DNA of 7,411 bases from Nitrososphaerota archaeon. Lineage in GTDB: Archaea > Thermoproteota > Nitrososphaeria_A > Caldarchaeales > Calditenuaceae. The stretch is taken from positions 23,336 through 30,746 of the forward strand of contig JAVYLC010000017.1 in NCBI GenBank assembly GCA_038741355.1, written 5' to 3'. This document shows positions 1 through 6,491 of the stretch, in pieces; the first letter of the stretch is position 1, and the number at the start of each line of letters is the position of its first letter. The notes beneath the pieces are model-generated. The model was not told the DNA's origin. It did not search any database and saw only the letters and a program-made list of their open reading frames with translations. The translations under genes and the position numbers were made by a program.

Positions 1-333
1 GGCGGAGAGTCGACGGTGCGGGTCAGGGGAGGTGGTGTGGGTGGTAGGAACCAGGAGCTCGCGCTGGCCGCCCTCACTAGGCTGAGGAGGGATAATAGAT
101 GCCTGGTGGTCTCTATTGGGACTGACGGGGTGGACGGGCCCACAGACGCCGCAGGAGCGGTCGCCTGCTCCGAGCAGGTGGCGAGGGCGGAGAGCCTCAG
201 CCTTGACCCTCGAGATTATCTCGAGAGGAACGACTCCTACACATTCTTCAAAAAAGTCGGAGGCCACATAGTCACAGGCCCCACAGGTACAAACGTCGGC
301 GACATAGTGCTGGTTCTATCACCTAGAGATTGA
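1..333 (+). CDS. Glycerate 2-kinase / hydroxypyruvate reductase-like protein (MOFRL family), C-terminal part; the 5' end lies outside the window
   Basis: Frame 1 is open from base 1 (GGESTVRVRGGGVGGRNQELALAAL...IGTDGVDGPTDAAGAV...NDSYTFFKKVGGHIVTGPTGTNVGDI) and stops at TGA 331-333. The blocks GGE(S/T)TV, GGRNQE, GTDG.DGPTDAAGA and TGPT.TNV.D are the conserved C-terminal MOFRL signature of this kinase family as I know it. The GTG at 16 in the ORF track is internal, not the true start. Confidence 0.85.
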   Translation, partial: GGESTVRVRGGGVGGRNQELALAALTRLRRDNRCLVVSIGTDGVDGPTDAAGAVACSEQVARAESLSLDPRDYLERNDSYTFFKKVGGHIVTGPTGTNVGDIVLVLSPRD

Positions 334-338
334 ACAAG

Positions 339-346
339 TTTAATAG
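339..346 (+). promoter_or_regulatory. Candidate TATA box (TTTAATAG) for the hemerythrin-like gene
   Basis: An AT-rich octamer sits 6 nt after the upstream stop codon. Its centre is about 26 nt upstream of the ATG at 369 and 14 nt upstream of the ATG at 357. Under the archaeal -26/-27 TATA rule this favours a leaderless mRNA starting at ATG 369. This is positional inference only. Confidence 0.3.
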
Positions 347-356
347 GCCCGAGACA

Positions 357-935
357 ATGCAGCAATCGATGCATCACCACCATGCCCACGGGCACGCGCC
401 GGCAGGTTTGACAGGCTCCCTCATCGCGGATCATGAGACAATTCTCACAGCGCTTGACAGGCTTGAGCTGAGGCTCGGCGAGATGAAAAGAAGAGGGATG
501 GTAGATGTTGATACGGTTAACAAGTTCCTCATCTTCGCCAGATCCTTCATTGATAGATGCCATCACGGGAAGGAGGAGAGGTGTCTCTTCCCCTGCCTCG
601 AGAGGAGGGGGATTCCGCGCGAGGGTGGGCCGATAGGTGTCATGCTCTACGAACATGAGTTGGGGCGTAAGCTGGTGGGGGAGCTGGACGGGCTCTTAAA
701 GTCTTATAGCGAAGGGAAGTCAGCTCCAGAAGTTGTTTTCGACAAATGCGAGGAGTATATCAAGCTTCTCAGGCAGCATATTGCGAAAGAGAATAACGTG
801 CTCTTTCCAGCCGGTGAATCTGTAGCGGATAGCGGGGATGTTAGAGAGGTTACCGAGTGCTATGAAGTCATCGAGGGGAAGGAGGTTGGGCATGAGGCCC
901 ACGCAGAGCTGGAGAGACTGGCCAAAGAACTCTGA
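357..935 (+). CDS. Hemerythrin-like HHE cation-binding (di-iron) domain protein with a His-rich N-terminus
   Basis: Long ORF ending at TGA 933-935. It carries repeated H/E metal-ligand motifs typical of the HHE hemerythrin-like domain: ADHETIL, CHHGKEERCLFP, LYEHELGRKL and RQHIAKENNVLFP. The start is ambiguous: TTG 330 (overlaps the upstream stop), ATG 357 (MQQSMHHHH) or ATG 369 (MHHHHAHGH). I list 357. Confidence 0.8.
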   Translation: MQQSMHHHHAHGHAPAGLTGSLIADHETILTALDRLELRLGEMKRRGMVDVDTVNKFLIFARSFIDRCHHGKEERCLFPCLERRGIPREGGPIGVMLYEHELGRKLVGELDGLLKSYSEGKSAPEVVFDKCEEYIKLLRQHIAKENNVLFPAGESVADSGDVREVTECYEVIEGKEVGHEAHAELERLAKEL

Positions 936-966
936 AGACTCTTAAAACCCTCATCGATGCAACTTT

Positions 967-3900
967 TCACCAGACTATCTGATGGGGCATCAGCCTCTTC
1001 TTTTTACCTGTTTTAACTATCCTGACAGGGTTAGTGTAGTATGATTGGGAGGCTCCGAGCCACGACAGTTGAGGCCATCCACCGAGCGACTCATCACCCA
1101 GCAGTATCGGGTTAGGTGATACGCCGTTAAACCTCCACTCATCGACGATGAGCCCTTTTTGGGAGTATTCGGAGGGCCTGTTGGTGAAGAGGATTTTCTT
1201 TACGAGGGGTGGCAGATGCTGGACGGGGTTAACGGCGGATTCGGGGACTTCAGCCCTCTCCGGCAATGTCTCCAGAACGCCAGTCTCCTGCTTTAGCCTG
1301 ATATAGTTCGGCCTGAAGACTAGGGTCTCAGACCATCTGCCCATGCCATAGGGAACAGCCACAACACCCCGCGCAATCGCCCTAGTAACTACGGCTGGTA
1401 CCTCAATAGACCCTATGGGGCTTTCAATAACTACGACATCCCCTGTCTCCACTCCCAACTCTTCAGCGTCCGCCTCATTTAATAAAACAAAGTTCTCAGG
1501 CATTATCGTCTTAATCCAGTAGTAGTTTCCACTCCTGTGCTTCGTGTAGAGCGGCCCAGACTCGAAGACCAGTTTGAACGGATACTGGCTTGAGGGGTAG
1601 AGCTCGTCGAGTAATGCTCCTACGAACGGGATTGTTTTTGAGGCTTGTTTAACCGGCGCATAAGTTGCTGGCGGGAAGTATCCAGGTCCTCCCCAGAACT
1701 TTTTACCTGTTATGCTGTTGGGTGTCTTGGCGAGTTTCTCATTCCAAAGCTGTAGAACCCCTGTGCCTGGGACGCCACGTTTCGAGAAGCCCCTCTCGTT
1801 AAATGACGCTGCATAGCTTGTGAAGACTCCTCCCCTCGCAAGACAGTATGCAGCGGCTCGCCACTCGTCTTCGGGAAGCCTATCCCTGAACCTAGCTATT
1901 GGATAGTTTTCCTCGACGAACTTTACGTCTCCGGCAGGTATCTCTTTAGGAACTATGCCCCTTTCGAAGGCGTTGACTGCACCGTTTGCGTAGACCTTCA
2001 TAATGTAGTCCCAGAAGCTGTGGAGCGGGAACCACTGCCCCTCATACTTCTTCCCCTTAACTCCTGGGATTGCTTTATCGCCGTAGCCTGGGGCCCCGAG
2101 GGCTTTCCCCAAGTCTATGAAGAACTCCCACATCGATGCGTAGCGTGGGCTTCCGTCCGGCGCGTCGGCAACCCTCTCAGTTAGAGGCATTATCGCGGGA
2201 GACCTCCAGGCCTCGGCCAAGAGAAGCCCCATGCCGCTGCTGTATAGGAATTGGACACCGTTGGTCCCTGTCTCAAGGTATGTCGCGTCGGGGACGAGGT
2301 AGTCGGCGTAGATGTAGGTCTCGTTTATGGTTGTGGTTATGCCGATGAATAGCGGCAGCTTTTTAACGTCTTTCAACACCTCCGCAAGTTTAACGCCGTT
2401 ATTGACTGATAGGACGGGGTTGGCGAAATAGAGTATCAACGCCTTAACTGGATATGGGTAGGATTGGTCGATGCCTGCGAAGAGCTCGGTGTAGCTCTCC
2501 TCAGGCGTCAGGGGATACCATGGTCTCTTAGCGGGGTACGGGTTCTCGCCCTTCTTGACCTTCCTATAAAACATTAAGGTCTTCTCATACTCCGCCTTAT
2601 GCCTGTCTATGCTCGGCCCCCATCTCGGCGGCTCTCCAAACCCGCTTGCACCGCAGTTGTATAGGTAGTTGTTGTAGCTTGTCGTTGAGGGTCTCGCGAG
2701 TAGGCCGCCAGACCTATGGAAGTTTCCGACGAGGATGTCCAGTGCTCGTAGTGCCCAGACCGTATACTCTCCGTTGGGGTGCATGGCTGCGCCTCGATGG
2801 ATGTATGTGGCAGCTCTCGGAGCTGCTTCGGCGAAATCTCTCGCTATCCGGTTAATCGTCTCTACAGGTACTCCACAGATGCTGCTCCACTCCTCGACTG
2901 ATCTGCTGAAGGCTGTCTCCTTAAAGATTGTGAAGGCTGTCTTCACTAGGACCTCCTCCCCCGTTGATAGCTTAATTCTGCCCGAGAACTCGAGCTCAGC
3001 CCTTTCTACTCCCTCGTTAAGCGCCAATCCCTCACCTGTGTAGACAACCGGCTTACCCTCCTCACCTAGCCCAACCATCTTGTCGGTGAGAACCGAGCCG
3101 TAGAGGCTATGCCCTTCCTCCATCACCACAAGCCACGTGGCGTTGCTGTGGTAGGGGTAGCCTATTGCCTCAGCTGCCTTCTTCGAAGGCCTCTCCAGGA
3201 AGCCCCTGTTAATCCAGCCGTTCTGAATCAGTATCTGCGCTATTGCCAGTGCAAACGCCGCATCCGTAGCAGGCTTTATTGGCACCCAGACTATGTTCCG
3301 CCTAGCAGCAGTTCTTGGAGACAAGGGGTTGACATAGTAAACTTTTAGCTCTCCCTCCGCAGCCCTCTCGATGAGGAGCCCCTGCCCAGTAGCTCCCGGA
3401 TGGATTCTCCCCATCGCCGCACCCGCCATTATTATGACTTTCGCCCCCCTCGCGTCAGGGTTTATGTCATAGTAGCCCGACCAGAGGTAGTTGCCTGCGT
3501 AAAAGGCCAGCTGGCATGAGGATGTGTGGCGCAGCCAGTTTACTGATCCAAAGGCGGTTACAAATCTGTTGGTAAAAACATCTGCGTTGTCCTGTCCTCT
3601 TCCCCTCATAAAGACAAGCATGTTGGCCTTTGTGCCGAAGTCAGGGTTATCAGGGTCTACTAAAATGTCCTCAAGCTTAAGACCTTTTTCACCCAGTATT
3701 CTGGCCCATTTCTCCTTAAACGTGGACAATAGAGTCTCTAACTCCTCTGCTCTCACTTTTTTGTCAGCGGCCTTTGCCATTATCTCATCGACGTCCTTCT
3801 TGATGCCCGCTAATACCTCGTTGGGATTTTCGAACCCAGCGTCCCTTAACCTTCCATAGACGAATAACTCCTTAAGGCCTGGAAGCCTCTCGCCAGTCTC

Positions 3901-4416
3901 CTCTATAATCCCGCCCTCTACAACCTCCTTGACAAGCTGCTCCCAGCTTATCTCCTTCCATCTTCCACTACCCCTCGGCCCAGCCCTCTTCAACGGCTTA
4001 ACAATCCTGTAGGGGTCGTAGACATAGTGTATTCCATCTTGGCCTCGCGGGCAGAGGGTACCTGCTACTTTGAGAGACTCGTGTGCGGGTGTGTTGTAGT
4101 TTAGAGGGTCGTATCGGCTGAGTTGATGCTCAGCGGATACATATCTGTTGTATGGGTGGTATGGGTTGCCTTCAATCCTGTCTATTACCTCGACGCCGTC
4201 GTAGACCGCTACCCTGACTCTTATCCCACACCTAACGTTACAGCCTAGACACGATGAGTACACATATCTGACGCCTGTCCCCGCGATTTTGTCGGGTTTG
4301 TAAAGCATAGTTGACGGTTTTATTACTCTTTCAATCGTGTTCCAGTAGCCTGCGAGGAATACGCCTAGCGATGCTACACCTATGACGCCTTTAACAGTCG
4401 TCCTTCTACTGACCAC
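967..4416 (-). CDS. ttrA: Molybdopterin (Mo/W-bisPGD) oxidoreductase catalytic subunit, tetrathionate reductase TtrA-like, Tat-exported, 1149 aa
   Basis: GTG start at 4416 gives VSRRTTVKG plus a hydrophobic stretch, which is a twin-arginine signal. FS0 cluster motif C56-x2-C59-x3-C63 ... C122 (CLGCNVRCG ... GTLCPRG) and a GNPYHP block are present. Candidate Mo-ligand Cys301 lies in RHTSSCQ. The C-terminal molybdopterin-dinucleotide-binding barrel is recognisable (ENFVLLNEADAEELGVETGDVVVIES...VVAVPYGMG). The blocks PLKRAGPRGSGRWKEISWEQLVKEVVEGG, NPYPAKRPWYP, YPYPVKAL and KLPLFIGITTTINETYIYADYLVPD resemble Salmonella TtrA as I recall it, from memory and not from an alignment. Its size and the B-C-A gene order fit Ttr/Srd rather than Psr/Phs. 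Confidence 0.88.
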   Translation of the reverse strand: MVSRRTTVKGVIGVASLGVFLAGYWNTIERVIKPSTMLYKPDKIAGTGVRYVYSSCLGCNVRCGIRVRVAVYDGVEVIDRIEGNPYHPYNRYVSAEHQLSRYDPLNYNTPAHESLKVAGTLCPRGQDGIHYVYDPYRIVKPLKRAGPRGSGRWKEISWEQLVKEVVEGGIIEETGERLPGLKELFVYGRLRDAGFENPNEVLAGIKKDVDEIMAKAADKKVRAEELETLLSTFKEKWARILGEKGLKLEDILVDPDNPDFGTKANMLVFMRGRGQDNADVFTNRFVTAFGSVNWLRHTSSCQLAFYAGNYLWSGYYDINPDARGAKVIIMAGAAMGRIHPGATGQGLLIERAAEGELKVYYVNPLSPRTAARRNIVWVPIKPATDAAFALAIAQILIQNGWINRGFLERPSKKAAEAIGYPYHSNATWLVVMEEGHSLYGSVLTDKMVGLGEEGKPVVYTGEGLALNEGVERAELEFSGRIKLSTGEEVLVKTAFTIFKETAFSRSVEEWSSICGVPVETINRIARDFAEAAPRAATYIHRGAAMHPNGEYTVWALRALDILVGNFHRSGGLLARPSTTSYNNYLYNCGASGFGEPPRWGPSIDRHKAEYEKTLMFYRKVKKGENPYPAKRPWYPLTPEESYTELFAGIDQSYPYPVKALILYFANPVLSVNNGVKLAEVLKDVKKLPLFIGITTTINETYIYADYLVPDATYLETGTNGVQFLYSSGMGLLLAEAWRSPAIMPLTERVADAPDGSPRYASMWEFFIDLGKALGAPGYGDKAIPGVKGKKYEGQWFPLHSFWDYIMKVYANGAVNAFERGIVPKEIPAGDVKFVEENYPIARFRDRLPEDEWRAAAYCLARGGVFTSYAASFNERGFSKRGVPGTGVLQLWNEKLAKTPNSITGKKFWGGPGYFPPATYAPVKQASKTIPFVGALLDELYPSSQYPFKLVFESGPLYTKHRSGNYYWIKTIMPENFVLLNEADAEELGVETGDVVVIESPIGSIEVPAVVTRAIARGVVAVPYGMGRWSETLVFRPNYIRLKQETGVLETLPERAEVPESAVNPVQHLPPLVKKILFTNRPSEYSQKGLIVDEWRFNGVSPNPILLGDESLGGWPQLSWLGASQSYYTNPVRIVKTGKKKRLMPHQIVW

Positions 4417-5515
4417 TCTCCCTCACCTCTAACGGGAAAATAATCGAGAGCAAGATGAAGAGACCTACGCCTGCCGCTATCGGAGCAATCATTTCCAAAA
4501 ACCATAGGCCATGAAGCTCCGCTTCGAAGAATGCAAGCCCGGTTTTAGATATGAGCTGGGCGTTAACGAGAATGTTCCACTTATTGGTGAATGTTCCGAT
4601 AAAGGCTGCTAATGACACTGCTATGCTGATGAGGGGGTATCGAATAGAAAGTAGTGAGAGGAAGAATGATGTCAGAAGTAGCGCTATTACGGCGTAAAAG
4701 AGGGGTGTGAGCGGCGTTACCATTTCCGCCATGGAGGGCGACCAAAACCACCAGACAGCCATCTGCAACCCTGTCAACGCAGCCACTGAGAGCGAGCCCG
4801 CCGCATGTATCTTCAGAATAGGTATGAGGACTTCACTCTCCAAAGACTTAAACCTCCAAAGATAGTAGACAAGTATGAAAACCGCTGTAGCCACGACGAA
4901 TGTGTCTGCGAAATAGATTACTAAAAGCAGCGGCCACCCTCTCCACACAGGGTTCCATGTCTGGGTGAGAAGCATCGAGGCCGGATAGATTCCCCACAGC
5001 GTAAGAGGCACAAGCATCGCAACCGCAACCGCTTTAGCCGCAGGCTCGACCTTGCGGTATTTCTCGAGAGTAGTTATACCTAGGCTGAAAAACTGGTATA
5101 TTCTCTTTTTTACACCGATAATTGTCAGTGATGCCTGGTAAGAGTAGTAGGAGAAAGTGAGGACCGCGAATATTATTGACAGGATTAACGCTATAATCCA
5201 GATCCATGATTGGAGGGCTATCAATGAGAGGCCTGGGTTTGTAGTGGTAGGTGAGAGATGTGGCGTCGTGAATATCAGAACCGCCCTATGGGCTGAGCGG
5301 AGATCTGCCAAGGGTCCTAGAAGCACTACCGCGAAGAAGCCTATACCGAGCATCGTCATCAAGGGGATGGCTTTTCTGAGAGAGCCTGATAAATATGCTA
5401 AAGATGCTAGAATAAGGAGGTCGGCTCCAGATATCAACAATGTGTATGCAAACAGGACAGGATGCCAGAGAAGCGGCTCAGCCGCCTCGTTTGGATAATA
5501 GTATCCCGGCAGCAC
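4406..5515 (-). CDS. ttrC: NrfD/PsrC-family integral membrane quinol-interacting anchor subunit (TtrC-like), 369 aa
   Basis: About nine hydrophobic helices are readable in the translation (for example WHPVLFAYTLLISGADLLILASLAYL, AIPLMTMLGIGFFAVVLLGPL, WPLLLVIYFADTFVVATAVFILVYYLW, LWFLEMIAPIAAGVGLFILLSIIFPL). It sits between the ferredoxin and catalytic subunits as in ttrBCA. The GTG start at 5515 is 1 nt after the ttrB-like stop, and the TAG stop at 4406-4408 overlaps the ttrA-like start by 11 nt. Confidence 0.85.
   Translation of the reverse strand: MLPGYYYPNEAAEPLLWHPVLFAYTLLISGADLLILASLAYLSGSLRKAIPLMTMLGIGFFAVVLLGPLADLRSAHRAVLIFTTPHLSPTTTNPGLSLIALQSWIWIIALILSIIFAVLTFSYYSYQASLTIIGVKKRIYQFFSLGITTLEKYRKVEPAAKAVAVAMLVPLTLWGIYPASMLLTQTWNPVWRGWPLLLVIYFADTFVVATAVFILVYYLWRFKSLESEVLIPILKIHAAGSLSVAALTGLQMAVWWFWSPSMAEMVTPLTPLFYAVIALLLTSFFLSLLSIRYPLISIAVSLAAFIGTFTNKWNILVNAQLISKTGLAFFEAELHGLWFLEMIAPIAAGVGLFILLSIIFPLEVRESGQ
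4423..4429 (-). promoter_or_regulatory. Shine-Dalgarno GAGGTGA for the ttrA-like gene
   Basis: The minus strand reads GAGGTGA-GGGAGA-GTG, giving 6-nt spacing to the GTG start at 4416. The motif lies inside the 3' end of the upstream membrane-subunit gene and is complementary to the conserved 16S 3' end (..GAUCACCUCC..). Confidence 0.5.
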
Positions 5516-5516
5516 C

Positions 5517-6161
5517 TCACCTGTTCACCTCGTCAGGCAAATCCAAATAGTATATCTGGGGCTTAGCTCCGGTGTATGGTTTCAGCACCTGAGTCAGTCT
5601 GTTATTTACAATCTCTGTAAACTCATTCTCCTCGCCGAGAAGGCCGAAAATTCTCGCGCCTGTGGGACAGGCTTCTACACAAGCAGGGAGAAGACCATAC
5701 CTGAGACGATGATCGCAGAAGGTACATTTGTCCGCAACCCCCTTAACCGGGTTGATGAACCGCGCACCATAAGGGCAGCCCTTAACACACGCACCGCATC
5801 CAATGCAGAACTCGTCGTTCACTAGGACGAGGCCGGCAGCCGTCTTAAACGTTGCCCCGGTTGGGCATGGGGGCACGCATGGCGGGTCCTCACAGTGGTT
5901 GCACTGCTTAGGTATGAAGATCCTGGTCCCGTCTGGTTTTTCCAGATACTCTATCCATGTCCTGAAGTTTCCGAGTGGGACATTGTTCTCCGCTGCGCAT
6001 GCGACTACGCAGGCCATGCACCCATAGCATTTCTCAACATCAATCAACATCGCATATCTTTTGGCGGTTTTTTGTTTAGCTGCTGGTGTTGGGCTGACAG
6101 CTACTGTTAAAAGGACTGTTGAAGCTGTTTTTAGAAAGTCTCTTCTAGACTGCCCCGTCAT
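5517..6161 (-). CDS. ttrB: Four-[4Fe-4S] ferredoxin-type electron-transfer subunit (TtrB/PsrB/DmsB/NrfC family) with a Tat signal, 214 aa
   Basis: Canonical twin-arginine signal MTGQSRRDFLKTASTVLLTVAVSPTPAA. Sixteen Cys fall into four cluster motifs: CYGCMACVVAC, CNHCEDPPCVPPCP, CIGCGACVKGCP and CTFCDHRLRYGLLPACVEACP. ATG start at 6161, TGA stop at 5517-5519. Confidence 0.92.
   Translation of the reverse strand: MTGQSRRDFLKTASTVLLTVAVSPTPAAKQKTAKRYAMLIDVEKCYGCMACVVACAAENNVPLGNFRTWIEYLEKPDGTRIFIPKQCNHCEDPPCVPPCPTGATFKTAAGLVLVNDEFCIGCGACVKGCPYGARFINPVKGVADKCTFCDHRLRYGLLPACVEACPTGARIFGLLGEENEFTEIVNNRLTQVLKPYTGAKPQIYYLDLPDEVNR
5525..5531 (-). promoter_or_regulatory. Shine-Dalgarno GAGGTGA for the ttrC-like gene
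   Basis: The minus strand reads GAGGTGA-ACAGGTGAG-GTG, giving 9-nt spacing to the GTG at 5515. The 7-mer is identical to the one preceding the ttrA-like start. Confidence 0.45.
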
Positions 6162-6181
6162 GCGCGAACATTAGTGAACAC

Positions 6182-6190
6182 TTTATTTAA
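6182..6190 (-). promoter_or_regulatory. Candidate TATA box (minus strand TTAAATAAA) of the ttrBCA-like operon, implying a leaderless first gene
   Basis: The centre at about 6186 is 25 nt upstream of the A of the ttrB-like ATG (6161). That matches the archaeal -26/-27 TATA position if transcription starts at or next to the ATG. No SD motif precedes this ATG, unlike the two internal genes. The BRE is weak. Confidence 0.45.
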
Positions 6191-6491
6191 CGCCAACTCT
6201 TCACTTAAATATTTTTTCATACATTTTTACACACAGAGACTATCCTGACTCACGCTGATTGTATTAACCGAATTTGTGAAAAGATTCAACGACTCTGAAC
6301 TTTCTTCTAAAAATGGACGCCTTTAACCAATTTTGTTAAACAAGTGTCTCTCAAAATCACAGCCTTTGAAAAATACCTTATCCTATCCTCACCAGAGCGC
6401 CTCCCTTCCCCGGTCTTCGATGTGAAAAGACTTAACATCATTAATCACGTCGTCTTTTATGTATGTATTCTCTGAGGGATGGTCATCAGCT

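Noticed and set aside
20-48. G-rich tract (GGGTCAGGGGAGGTGGTGTGGGTGGTAGG) as a possible G-quadruplex
   Set aside because: Only three runs have 3 or more G. The tract simply encodes the conserved Gly-rich RGGGVGG segment of the kinase.
369-395. The His run as an engineered affinity tag, which would suggest a cloning artefact
   Set aside because: The run is irregular (HHHHAHGH), uses mixed codons, has no flanking vector, linker or protease-site sequence, and sits in native-looking genomic context.
237-902. Minus-strand ORFs 237-656 (139 aa) and 720-902 (60 aa)
   Set aside because: They lie antisense to the glycerate-kinase 3' end and the hemerythrin-like gene, both of which carry clear family motifs. 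They have no recognisable domains.
936-966. Bidirectional terminator between the convergent hemerythrin-like and ttrA-like genes (TTTT tracts on both strands, CATCGATG palindrome 952-959)
   Set aside because: The T-tracts are only 4 nt long, and the 8-bp palindrome has no loop. This is compatible with archaeal T-tract termination but too weak to call as a feature.
2136-3859. Five plus-strand ORFs (2136-2348, 2646-2855, 2735-3043, 3109-3348, 3524-3859) inside the ttrA-like gene
   Set aside because: They lie antisense to a strongly supported 1149-aa CDS. Their translations are Arg/Ser/Leu/Cys-rich low-complexity strings with no motifs, which is typical of shadow ORFs.
5157-6110. Plus-strand ORFs 5157-5498, 5803-6027 and 5895-6110
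   Set aside because: They are shadow ORFs opposite the membrane-anchor and ferredoxin genes.
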